Shown here: positions 38,671 through 47,780 of the stretch, piece after piece | Position numbering within the stretch: the first letter of the stretch is position 1 | Layout of the letters: every line of letters begins with the position of its first letter | NCBI GenBank assembly: GCA_030600605.1 | Contig: JAUVLT010000002.1 | Location: 259 to 64,258, forward strand | Direction of reading: 5' to 3' | Origin: Mycoplasmatota bacterium | GTDB lineage: Bacteria > Bacillota_I > Bacilli_A > Izemoplasmatales > Izemoplasmataceae | DNA: 64,000 nucleotides | Notes under the pieces: model-generated | What the model was told of the DNA's origin: nothing | The model's input: the letters and a program-made list of their open reading frames with translations, nothing else | Database searches by the model: none | Translations under genes and position numbers: made by a program

Positions 38671-41060
38671 CTTTCAAACATCTCCCTAACTATTTCAGTC
38701 GAAACAGTAAAAATTTGACTATTCAATGAGTACACAACAAAGATGAAGATTCCCATAATCAACATTGTGAACATACTTTTAAAGATAATTCCAACTGTTT
38801 CTCCTACTTCATAATTATGAATTTCTTTAATCATGAAGAAAAAGTAAATAGCTACCCATATAAAAGTGAAAGTAAATGGGACACTATAAAATACAGCTTC
38901 TTGATATGTTAAGACATTACTAATAATAATAAGTATTGGAGCAATAAATAATATTGGTGTAAAACTCATTGCAGTAGAAACATAAACATTTTTGAACGAT
39001 CCTTCTCCATCATTTATTAAACAAACAAAGTAATTAGCAATTACCCAAAGTATTAATATACTTCCTAAGATAATTAGTTCATATAAAATATTTACATTAA
39101 TTTGATCTAAGAAAATTACATTTGTTATTTTATAATACATAACAAATATTGCTGCTAATGCCAGATAAATAACACTTGCAGTCTTAACTGATACCCGCTC
39201 ATTTTGTTTTATTATATAGTACCCATCTAATGGATGTTTAATAAAAGTCGGAATATAACTTAGTTCATCAATTACTTGACTTTTTTCTCTTATCTTCGTG
39301 AATTTTTTACCAAGTATTTTAGTATAATGATATTTCTTATTAAAGAATTTTAAAATCCATCTTAAAACAATCAATCCTAATAAAGTAGCAAAAACAGTTT
39401 CAAGATTTTGTTCCATCCAATCTTGTCTTACTTGCCAATATGTATCTGATATTCCGTCTTTGTAAGATGCATAAGTATACTCAACTAAAGCTGTTTCATA
39501 ATCTTCTTGACGAACATAAGCATCTCCAAGACCAATATGAGCCAAATCAAATACAGTAGTATATTCAAGTGAATAACTCCAGTTTTCTTGTGCTAAGACC
39601 TCATCACCATCCTGATACGCTTGTAAAGCCGTATGAACTGCATCAGTAAACAATGTGGGTTCATATACTTGTAATAATTTATTACCTTGATCAATAACAA
39701 ATAGACTATCAGATGAGTTTATAGCAATACTTTTTGGTAAACTCAATAACCCTTCTCGATCAATTCCTCGATCACTGACACTGAAACTAAAGATTAATTG
39801 TCCATTTGAATTATATTCATTAATCCATCCGAATTCTTCTACCACAATTACATTACCATAATTTCCAACCCAAAGATCAACTGCACCAATCCATCCAACT
39901 GCATCTTGACTAAAATAGTTTTTACCCGATACATTAAATTTCTTTATTACATTATCTTCCAAAGTTGATGTAACAGTATAAATAAACCCCTTTTCATCAA
40001 TAGCTACACTACTGACAAAATCGACATCAATTTGTGATTCTGTTCTTAATTGTTTTTTCTGTACCTCAGTTAAAATAAGTGATCTTATTTGATCCAGTAT
40101 TGGAGTTCTAAGTGGATTACCACCAAAAAATGTTAGAAACTCTCCTTCGTAATTCAGCATTATTAGTCCATTACTAGACTGTGCTCCTACGATATACATA
40201 TTTCCTCTAGTATCAACAACTACCTTTTTAGGCGCAAAAGTATACCCTTCTTGAAATACTGGAGCTGTAGGTGTTTTTATTATTTGAATTGGTACATTTT
40301 TTTGAGCATATATAGTATGTTTCAATAATGTTTTATTATCATAATCTGCTGTTACCCAAGAAAGAATTCTACCAATCATATCGTTTTTATCTATCTTTTC
40401 AAATAGTGGTTCTTTTGTTTCATAATCTTTAAATAATATAATATCTCTACCTGAATCTGTTTGTCCTGTTATTTCAATTTCATAAACCGGAGACCCTGTA
40501 GGTGTATCAACACCACTAACATTTTTACTACTGTAAAAAAGATCACCAGTCGTCAAAGTGTCAGATAGATCAACATCATCTAGCCATAAATAGTATTGTG
40601 GAGCACGACTAAGTGCTTCCTCTCGATCAAAAATGAAGATACTTTTACGAAAACTATCTGGAACATAGATTTTATCTTCAGTTACAAAAACACTATTAAC
40701 AGCATTAAACCCATCTTTTTCTCCAACACTAGATTCAAAGTATTCAATTGTATCAATAAAATTCAAATCTTGATCAAAGATAAACACTTTCGCATGTCCA
40801 GAATCAGTAATATATACATAATCCTCATGATCTACATAAACATATTCAAGTGTCTTAAAAGCTACTCCTCCCGCATCAAGTATTTGACCTTCAGGAGTAT
40901 AAGCATCACTTGTTCTAACCCATCCATCTTCATTATCAGTTGTATATGTATAATATGGTGCTGTACTTGCTAATACACCTTTAGTAGATGAGAAAACAAC
41001 AAGTAAAATAACTGTAAAGAATAATAACATCGCTACTGCTTGGTTAACAAAACCTTTCAT
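38667..41060 (-). CDS. Fusion membrane protein: extracytoplasmic NHL-like beta-propeller plus TPR-like segment plus C-terminal Yip1-like 5-TM domain (797 aa)
   Basis: N-terminal anchor. Repeated NHL-like blades (YVYITDSGHAKVFIFDQDLNFI, IYVPDSFRKSIFIFD, MYIVGAQSSNGLIMLNYEGEF, FIYTVTSTLEDNVIKKFNVSG, LFVIDQGNKLLQVYEP). A TM at residues ~553-572 is followed by a basic loop and 5 further TM helices. Confidence 0.8.
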   Translation of the reverse strand: MKGFVNQAVAMLLFFTVILLVVFSSTKGVLASTAPYYTYTTDNEDGWVRTSDAYTPEGQILDAGGVAFKTLEYVYVDHEDYVYITDSGHAKVFIFDQDLNFIDTIEYFESSVGEKDGFNAVNSVFVTEDKIYVPDSFRKSIFIFDREEALSRAPQYYLWLDDVDLSDTLTTGDLFYSSKNVSGVDTPTGSPVYEIEITGQTDSGRDIILFKDYETKEPLFEKIDKNDMIGRILSWVTADYDNKTLLKHTIYAQKNVPIQIIKTPTAPVFQEGYTFAPKKVVVDTRGNMYIVGAQSSNGLIMLNYEGEFLTFFGGNPLRTPILDQIRSLILTEVQKKQLRTESQIDVDFVSSVAIDEKGFIYTVTSTLEDNVIKKFNVSGKNYFSQDAVGWIGAVDLWVGNYGNVIVVEEFGWINEYNSNGQLIFSFSVSDRGIDREGLLSLPKSIAINSSDSLFVIDQGNKLLQVYEPTLFTDAVHTALQAYQDGDEVLAQENWSYSLEYTTVFDLAHIGLGDAYVRQEDYETALVEYTYASYKDGISDTYWQVRQDWMEQNLETVFATLLGLIVLRWILKFFNKKYHYTKILGKKFTKIREKSQVIDELSYIPTFIKHPLDGYYIIKQNERVSVKTASVIYLALAAIFVMYYKITNVIFLDQINVNILYELIILGSILILWVIANYFVCLINDGEGSFKNVYVSTAMSFTPILFIAPILIIISNVLTYQEAVFYSVPFTFTFIWVAIYFFFMIKEIHNYEVGETVGIIFKSMFTMLIMGIFIFVVYSLNSQIFTVSTEIVREMFER

Positions 41061-41935
41061 TACTTAATACCCGAATGAGCCATTGAGGCCATTACTTTAT
41101 TTTGCATAATTATGAAAATAATTATATTTGGTATGAACATTATAAGTTGTGCGGCAGCACCAACACCGGCAGTAACTACGATGTTTCCTTGCTGACTTAT
41201 CACAGTTGACATATAAAACGGTAATGTTCTTAAAGATTCTTTATCGACAAATAAATTTGATCCCTCAGTATTAGCCCAAGCAATTTGGAAAGCTAAAATT
41301 GCTACTGTAACAATTGCTGGCTTAACTAATGGAAGGGCAATACTCCAGTAAACTCTCCAGTTACCAGCCCCATCAATTTTTGCTGCTTCAATCAATTCCT
41401 TTGGAACTGATGTATCCATAAATTGTTTGATTAAAAAGATTCCCACAGGCATAGCTAATAAAGGAATAATATGTGCAAAGTAAGTGTTATATATTCCAAT
41501 ATTAATTAAAACTAGGAAACGTGGAATCATCACAGCGATTGGAACAAACATCAAACTATATGTATTAATTTTATTTAGCACTATTTTACCTTTAAATTCT
41601 AACTTAGATAAAGCAAAGGCTGCCAAACTACTAATAATTAATGATGCAACTATCACAGCTGCAGTTGTTATTACACTATTAAAAATATATCTACTTATTG
41701 GAATACCTGATTCACTCGAAAATCTTATTAACCTTGAAAAGTTTTCAGTAGTAGGTCTTCGAACAAAAAATGTTGGTGGATATGCAAATAACTCACTAAA
41801 AGGCTTAAATGCATGATTAAAAATGAACACTATTGGTGATCCCATAAATAAAGATAATACAATTAAGAATGCATGAAATCGCCATTGATTTTTATGAAAA
41901 CGATCTGGATTAAATGTTATACCTGATTTTGCCAT
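41060..41935 (-). CDS. Carbohydrate ABC transporter permease (MalG-like, 291 aa)
   Basis: EAA loop ELIEAAKIDGAGNWRVYWSIALP; 6 TM helices. Its stop shares one base with the next start (TAATG). Confidence 0.9.
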   Translation of the reverse strand: MAKSGITFNPDRFHKNQWRFHAFLIVLSLFMGSPIVFIFNHAFKPFSELFAYPPTFFVRRPTTENFSRLIRFSSESGIPISRYIFNSVITTAAVIVASLIISSLAAFALSKLEFKGKIVLNKINTYSLMFVPIAVMIPRFLVLINIGIYNTYFAHIIPLLAMPVGIFLIKQFMDTSVPKELIEAAKIDGAGNWRVYWSIALPLVKPAIVTVAILAFQIAWANTEGSNLFVDKESLRTLPFYMSTVISQQGNIVVTAGVGAAAQLIMFIPNIIIFIIMQNKVMASMAHSGIK

Positions 41936-41940
41936 AATAT

Positions 41941-42846
41941 CTAACCCCTCTCTCCAAATAATCGATATGCTATTTTATTAAACAAAAGAACAATAACTAG
42001 TAAAATTACAGTTACTGCAGAAGCATATCCCATTTCAAATCTCGTAAACCCAAAATCATTCGCATGGTCTACGATAAGCCAGCCAGCATATTGTGGTGGG
42101 GTTCCCCCACCCGATAAAGCAGATGCCAATCCAGCAGCATTAAAAGTACCAATAATACTCATAACTGCTCCAAATAACATTTGTGGTTTTATAGATGGAA
42201 TAGTAATGTAAAATATTTCTTGCCATCTGTTTCTCATCCCATCAATCGCAGCTGCTTCATATAAACTACGATCAATATTTAAAATACCAGCGAGCATTGC
42301 TAAAAATCCAAGTCCCATACTTCCCCATAATGATACGATAATCATAATCGGAAATAGGTAATCAGCATCTTGTAAAAATTGAATTGGTGAATCAATACTA
42401 AACATATTTATTAACATACTATTGATATATCCTGTTTCATCACCACTAAAGATTATTCTCCATACAAAGGCCATCATAATTGGTCCTGTAATAGATGGTG
42501 AATAAATAATTACGGCATAAATAGTTCTAGCTTTATGTGGTACTTGTGCTAACATCCATGCAAGGAAGAAGGCCATCATATAACCAATAGGTCCAACAAC
42601 AACACTAAATAAGATAGTATTTGAAACAGCATTTTGTAAAAATACTGTATCACCTGTAAAAATATCCACATAGTTTTTTAGTCCAATAAATGTTGGTGTT
42701 TCAATTGTATTAAAAGACGTAAAACTAAGTCCCATAGCTACAAGTACTGGTAAAGCAATTACCAATATAAATAAGATAGCATAAGGTGCAATGAATAAGT
42801 AAGGTGATTGTAGTAATCTTTTAAATCCTTTACTCTTCATCATCAT
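41941..42846 (-). CDS. Carbohydrate ABC transporter permease (MalF-like, ~300 aa)
   Basis: EAA loop SLYEAAAIDGMRNRWQEIFYITIP. Three consecutive ATGs follow AGGAGGTA; the 2nd or 3rd is the more likely start. Overlaps the upstream stop. Confidence 0.9.
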   Translation of the reverse strand: MMMKSKGFKRLLQSPYLFIAPYAILFILVIALPVLVAMGLSFTSFNTIETPTFIGLKNYVDIFTGDTVFLQNAVSNTILFSVVVGPIGYMMAFFLAWMLAQVPHKARTIYAVIIYSPSITGPIMMAFVWRIIFSGDETGYINSMLINMFSIDSPIQFLQDADYLFPIMIIVSLWGSMGLGFLAMLAGILNIDRSLYEAAAIDGMRNRWQEIFYITIPSIKPQMLFGAVMSIIGTFNAAGLASALSGGGTPPQYAGWLIVDHANDFGFTRFEMGYASAVTVILLVIVLLFNKIAYRLFGERG

Positions 42847-45800
42847 TACCTCCTAGCCACAGATGAATATTCTCATAAGTAGGAACAATATATGGTTCCA
42901 CCATAACTCCATCTTCATAATATCCAAACTCAGTTAATTTTCTTTTAAGTTCCCTGTTTATAATTATAACCGCATCATCAATTGCCACACGTGGATTTAC
43001 TCCATCGTTTACAACTTTGTTCCAAGCGTTACTAAGTTCTCGTTCAAGTAAATAATCACCAGGAACTCGTCCTGTTGTTCGAACCCAGTTCCATTGTTCT
43101 AATACTTCATATTTCGAGTCACTTGGCCAAGCACTTGTTTTAAATGCTTCAATATTTGCAGTCATATACAAGAATTCATCTCCAAGTAAAGACTGAAGTT
43201 GATATGTAAAATCACTTTGTACATCTTTACTAAACCACCAAGCAAAATATTCCCATGCTAGATCTTGTTTTGATGAATCTGAAAAAATTATACTACTAGT
43301 CCCATAAGTTGGATCCCATCTTTCGATACATCTGTCACCAGTTAGTGGTCCAGGACATGTTGTTTCATCTTTATCAGTTTCAATACCAGGAATAGGCATT
43401 ACTCCCCATTGTCCCGCAAGTTCAGGAGCAGCATATTTTAATTGAATATACATATTTCCGTCCCCTATACCAAGAGGAACTTGTCCATCTCTAAACTTTT
43501 GGAAAAATCTTGATGTCGTAATTGGTACATTATAAACACTAAACAAATCTGTCATAAATTCAAATGCATCATACGATCCATCTTCATTAATAATTGTTTT
43601 ATCTCCAGTTTCATTATATAAAACTCCACCATATTGATAAATAAATGGTGTCGTTTCTCCAAATGTTTTAAAAGCATTATCTCCACCTAGTGGAGTATAA
43701 AAATAATAATTATACTTTTGCATTACAGGAATTAAACTAACTACTTCTTCCCATGTTTCAGGTGGCTCAACACCTAAAAATTCTAAAATATCTTTTCGAT
43801 AAAATAGTAATTTAACATCTTGAGTTTCAGGAATAGAATAAATTCCTCCTTCATATACAAAAGGTATAAAAGAATTTTCATTGAATTCAGCTGATAAATC
43901 ATAAAATCCATCAAATTCAGAAAGATCAGTTACTATTCCTCTTAAAGCGAATTCAAAAGGCCTTGTAACACTTAATCCCATTGCAGCATCAGGTGTAGTG
44001 CCTGCAGCATTCGCAAGAACTATTTTATTTTCATCAGGCATGACTGATAATTGAACTTTCACTCCAGTTTCTGATGTGAATTCCTCATCAATCATTCTTT
44101 GCATTACTTCAATATATAATCTTGAATTTCTAACCCATATTTCAACAGTTTCTTCATCGGTAATAGAAGCATCGTTATATTTTGGATCAAAAAACGAATA
44201 AACAAATGCTCTTATTCCTTCCCAACTTCTTATAAAAATATTGACATTAGGTTTAGGTAATTCGATATTTTCACCATGAATATAAATCGAATCTAATTGA
44301 AGTGGATTATCAATTAAGCTCGGTAATATAATATTGATACGTCCATAAATGGATGTATCTCCAACATTATATCTAGATTGATATGGTGGTATTTCATCAG
44401 GATCCTCAATAAATTGATTCATATATTTAATAGCAATATTTAATTCAGTAATTATCGCCATGTCATCAGATTCATATATTTCAATTAACTGGTTTCTACT
44501 ATCAATTATTTCGTCTCTTTGTCTAGTTAGTTCTCCTACAATATTTGGAATATAGACATCAAGTTTGTAGTTACGATATCTGTCAGTTAATCCACCAGTA
44601 ATTTTGTTAACTTCGCGTGCTAAATCATTAATATCACTTAATACTTCTACCAATTGATGGTATACATCATCAACATCTTCATTTACTGCGGTAAGCGTTA
44701 GTGAATGTGTTCCAGCTGTAAAATAAAACTCAAATGCTTCACCATCAAGATGCAATGTTTCATTTCGATAATTTCTTGAATAAGGAAAATCATAATTTTT
44801 TAAATCCTCAAACAAAATATCGCCATCAATTAATATACGGCGACTAGTTGAGAGATCTTCATTTTCACTTTGAAGATATTTTAAAGAAAGGTTATAAATA
44901 CCTGTTTCTGCAATTTCAAATATATACGTTATACTATCTCCACTCTTACGATAAGATGATTGATCTACCACATTTAAAACACGATTCTTGTAAGAATATG
45001 GTGTAAGTCCAGGATTTCTTTGAAACTTAGCTCTAATATTTTGTTTGCTTTCATATGTATATCTTTCAGCATCAATTACTAATAAAGAATCAGCTTTTGA
45101 AGAAGTTTCTAATGAAGAAAGGTATTCAGAATAACTAGGAATATCAGAAGATAGGTTTCCTATTTCTATATCCCCTAACAAAATATACCCTTCATTTATT
45201 ATAATTGATAATTCGTTTTCTCCAGCTTGTAAGAAAAATTTAAGAGGCTCATTGAAAAAATAGTTTGGATCGGATAAAGCAAAAACACTCCATTCTTGAA
45301 ATAAAGAACTATCTGGAGTTATTTCATCACCAAATCGATCAAACAGCTTTTCTGAATCAACTTCCCACTTTAATGGTATTTCTAAATTGTACATTTCATT
45401 ATATTGAACAATATCATTTACTTTAAATGTAAGTGTTGGTCTAAGTAATGTTTCTTCTAATAGATAATAATTTAAATATAACTCATAAAGTCCCTCTTCA
45501 GACACATTTACTGTAAAAGTGATTTCATCTTTAGGAGTAACTTTTATTGTCTCACGATTATATCCTCGACTATAATAAGGCGAGATTTCTTCTCCTCCCA
45601 CTATATCTTCAACATTAATTAAATAAACATCACTAGGTGATAAAATGTTTAATTCTTGCCAATAATTATAAACACCATAGTAATTATTACTTTCGTCATA
45701 TCCTTCTAAATAAGCAGAACTAGAATCAACAATACTTTCAAACTTAACATTTGCTACTTCTTCTAAAATACTATTAGCGCTTGCCACGTTATGAAAATGT

Positions 45801-45865
45801 GACAACACTTTGTCTCCGAATATCAATGAAAATAATAGAACAATTATTAAAATTTTTCTATACAT
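42830..45865 (-). CDS. Giant extracellular solute-binding protein: two CBM-like beta-sandwich modules plus helical linker plus family-1 SBP domain (1011 aa)
   Basis: Signal peptide without a lipobox Cys. Two ~200-aa modules show CBM6/35-like patterns (EGLYELYLNYY..., TGIYNLSLKYLQ...). The C-terminal ~450 aa are SBP-like (VEIWVRNS..., PDAAMGLS..., WGVMPIPG). Confidence 0.8.
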   Translation of the reverse strand: MYRKILIIVLLFSLIFGDKVLSHFHNVASANSILEEVANVKFESIVDSSSAYLEGYDESNNYYGVYNYWQELNILSPSDVYLINVEDIVGGEEISPYYSRGYNRETIKVTPKDEITFTVNVSEEGLYELYLNYYLLEETLLRPTLTFKVNDIVQYNEMYNLEIPLKWEVDSEKLFDRFGDEITPDSSLFQEWSVFALSDPNYFFNEPLKFFLQAGENELSIIINEGYILLGDIEIGNLSSDIPSYSEYLSSLETSSKADSLLVIDAERYTYESKQNIRAKFQRNPGLTPYSYKNRVLNVVDQSSYRKSGDSITYIFEIAETGIYNLSLKYLQSENEDLSTSRRILIDGDILFEDLKNYDFPYSRNYRNETLHLDGEAFEFYFTAGTHSLTLTAVNEDVDDVYHQLVEVLSDINDLAREVNKITGGLTDRYRNYKLDVYIPNIVGELTRQRDEIIDSRNQLIEIYESDDMAIITELNIAIKYMNQFIEDPDEIPPYQSRYNVGDTSIYGRINIILPSLIDNPLQLDSIYIHGENIELPKPNVNIFIRSWEGIRAFVYSFFDPKYNDASITDEETVEIWVRNSRLYIEVMQRMIDEEFTSETGVKVQLSVMPDENKIVLANAAGTTPDAAMGLSVTRPFEFALRGIVTDLSEFDGFYDLSAEFNENSFIPFVYEGGIYSIPETQDVKLLFYRKDILEFLGVEPPETWEEVVSLIPVMQKYNYYFYTPLGGDNAFKTFGETTPFIYQYGGVLYNETGDKTIINEDGSYDAFEFMTDLFSVYNVPITTSRFFQKFRDGQVPLGIGDGNMYIQLKYAAPELAGQWGVMPIPGIETDKDETTCPGPLTGDRCIERWDPTYGTSSIIFSDSSKQDLAWEYFAWWFSKDVQSDFTYQLQSLLGDEFLYMTANIEAFKTSAWPSDSKYEVLEQWNWVRTTGRVPGDYLLERELSNAWNKVVNDGVNPRVAIDDAVIIINRELKRKLTEFGYYEDGVMVEPYIVPTYENIHLWLGGNDDEE

Positions 45866-45890
45866 TTTTATTCTCCCTTCAATACTAACA

Positions 45891-45927
45891 AACCAATAAC
45901 CCTTCAGAAGGTGAAGAGTTATTGGTT
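45891..45927 (-). terminator. Strong intercistronic stem-loop between the two SBP genes (partial terminator / mRNA stabiliser)
   Basis: The minus-strand RNA AACCAAUAACUCUUCA-CCUUC-UGAAGGGUUAUUGGUU forms a ~16-bp stem (one G-U pair). It is followed by a poor U-tract (UGUUAGUAUUG). Confidence 0.5.
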
Positions 45928-45946
45928 AATTTCTAGTATTTTCTAA

Positions 45947-47764
45947 TTATTTATTTACGCCAATGTAGTATTGTAAATATCTTACAATTTCTTCATTTAA
46001 TGTTAATTCTCTTTCTGGTGCAATGTCAACCCAGCTTAAACTCTCATCTCTCATTTCATCCTTAATACTCCAAGGATCAAATGCATTTGCTACTGACGCG
46101 AACGCCGGTATTTGACGTGGATAAGGGTTTGCATTTGACATTTGATACTGGAACGCTACGTTTCGGAATGCATCAAAATTATAACGAGCCAATACTGAAT
46201 TACTATCAAATCCTTTTACTAGTGGATGCATTGCCATAACTGCAGGATTACTAGTAATTGGCCATCCTTGAATATAATCCATTAAATATAAAGTTCCATC
46301 TGTAAAGCTAACAGGATCAGCAGCATAAACCATGTCCCATCTACTTTCGAGACCTTCTTCACCAAATGTTAACCATTTAACTAATTGGAATGCAGCTTCT
46401 GCTTTTACTCTATCTTCTTCTAGTACTTTTGAAATACTATAATAATCATGATAAGTATAAGTAGCAGTTTGTCCACCTTCAGGTGCAATTGGATAAGGAT
46501 AAATATCAATTGTTTGTCCTTTATCTACCATTGTATTAACAGATGCATTGAATGCCCATAAGTAAATTGTGTTAATTGCACGTACACCATCTGTCCATGA
46601 ATCAGTTACATCTGGACAAAGTGTTTCGCGATCTGCTTCAAGTAAATCATAGAAATGCCATCCTTGTTTTGCTTCTGTAGCAACACTTTCAAGCCAAGCT
46701 CCATAATTAGTAGCATTAGCAAAATCAAATCTTTGTGTAATAGTGTTATATCCTTTATATCCATTTGGGACACTATCGAAATAATTAGAACCTTGAATTG
46801 AAAAATCAATTACACCAGGGAATACACATTGCCCTGCGTTAGTGATTAATCCAACTTCATTACGGATTTCTTCATATTCAGCATATGTCCAATCGTATGA
46901 TGGAGCATCAATACCAAGAGTTTCTAATAAGCCTGTATTAACAGCTACAATTGGTCCAACACCTTGCCATGGGATACCCCACATTTCAAGGTTATCATAA
47001 GTCATCATACCAGATACTGCATTTGGTGTAATGAATTGAGCTTCTTCATCAGTTTTAATGTATGGCCATAAATCAATAGTCATACCTTTATCATATGTTT
47101 CAGCGCCTTTAGGATTGAAGAAAATATCAGGTAAAGTTCCTTCTAATAATGCGTTTTCTTGAATTAACAATAAACCATCATCACCATTTTCCCAACCACT
47201 TGAGTAAAGTGGATTACGAGTTACATTTATATTTGGATATTTTTCCATGAACTCAAGAACATTTTTCCAAATAGCGTTATCTTCATCAACGTCACCATAA
47301 TAGCTGAATCCCATTTCTAAATCAATAGTATCCACTTGCCAATCTGGTGTTCCATCACTGTTCTTATCCACATTGTAAATTGTACCTTCATATAGTTCAC
47401 GGGCTTTATCAAGTTCTGTTTTACAAATATCTTGTGTAGGATCTTCTTCACAAGTTAAAGCCAGTACTACCAAAATAACATTTAAACTTACTTTGAATCC
47501 AGAATCATCAGTAGCACTAAGTACAATGTCATATTCACCGATAGTAGTTAAATCGTAACTACCAGTGATTTTTACATCAACAGCATTTCCATCTTTATCC
47601 ACAGCTGAAATTCCTTCTAAAGAAATTCCAGATGCATTTAGTTTCACTTCTAATGTTCCATTTTCTACAATACCAGCAATCGTTGGAGGTGTAGTATCTG
47701 TGCTACACCCAACAAACACAATTGCAAATACCATAGTAACGGCAATTAATAATATTTTTCTCAT
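45947..47764 (-). CDS. Lipoprotein solute-binding protein with N-terminal Ig-like (DUF5011-like) module and Cys-loop linker (605 aa)
   Basis: Lipobox-like AIVFVGC; Ig-like module (GEYDIVLSATDDSGF); CEEDPTQDIC; then an SBP family-1-like region. The RBS AGGAGGTAA lies directly after the upstream stop. Confidence 0.8.
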   Translation of the reverse strand: MRKILLIAVTMVFAIVFVGCSTDTTPPTIAGIVENGTLEVKLNASGISLEGISAVDKDGNAVDVKITGSYDLTTIGEYDIVLSATDDSGFKVSLNVILVVLALTCEEDPTQDICKTELDKARELYEGTIYNVDKNSDGTPDWQVDTIDLEMGFSYYGDVDEDNAIWKNVLEFMEKYPNINVTRNPLYSSGWENGDDGLLLIQENALLEGTLPDIFFNPKGAETYDKGMTIDLWPYIKTDEEAQFITPNAVSGMMTYDNLEMWGIPWQGVGPIVAVNTGLLETLGIDAPSYDWTYAEYEEIRNEVGLITNAGQCVFPGVIDFSIQGSNYFDSVPNGYKGYNTITQRFDFANATNYGAWLESVATEAKQGWHFYDLLEADRETLCPDVTDSWTDGVRAINTIYLWAFNASVNTMVDKGQTIDIYPYPIAPEGGQTATYTYHDYYSISKVLEEDRVKAEAAFQLVKWLTFGEEGLESRWDMVYAADPVSFTDGTLYLMDYIQGWPITSNPAVMAMHPLVKGFDSNSVLARYNFDAFRNVAFQYQMSNANPYPRQIPAFASVANAFDPWSIKDEMRDESLSWVDIAPERELTLNEEIVRYLQYYIGVNK

Positions 47765-47780
47765 ATTTTTTTACCTCCTA

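Noticed and set aside
40596-40973. 125-aa plus-strand ORF inside the NHL/Yip1 gene; likewise 41484-41816 inside the permease gene
   Set aside because: Both are antisense to strongly supported genes that have conserved motifs (EAA loop, NHL blades).
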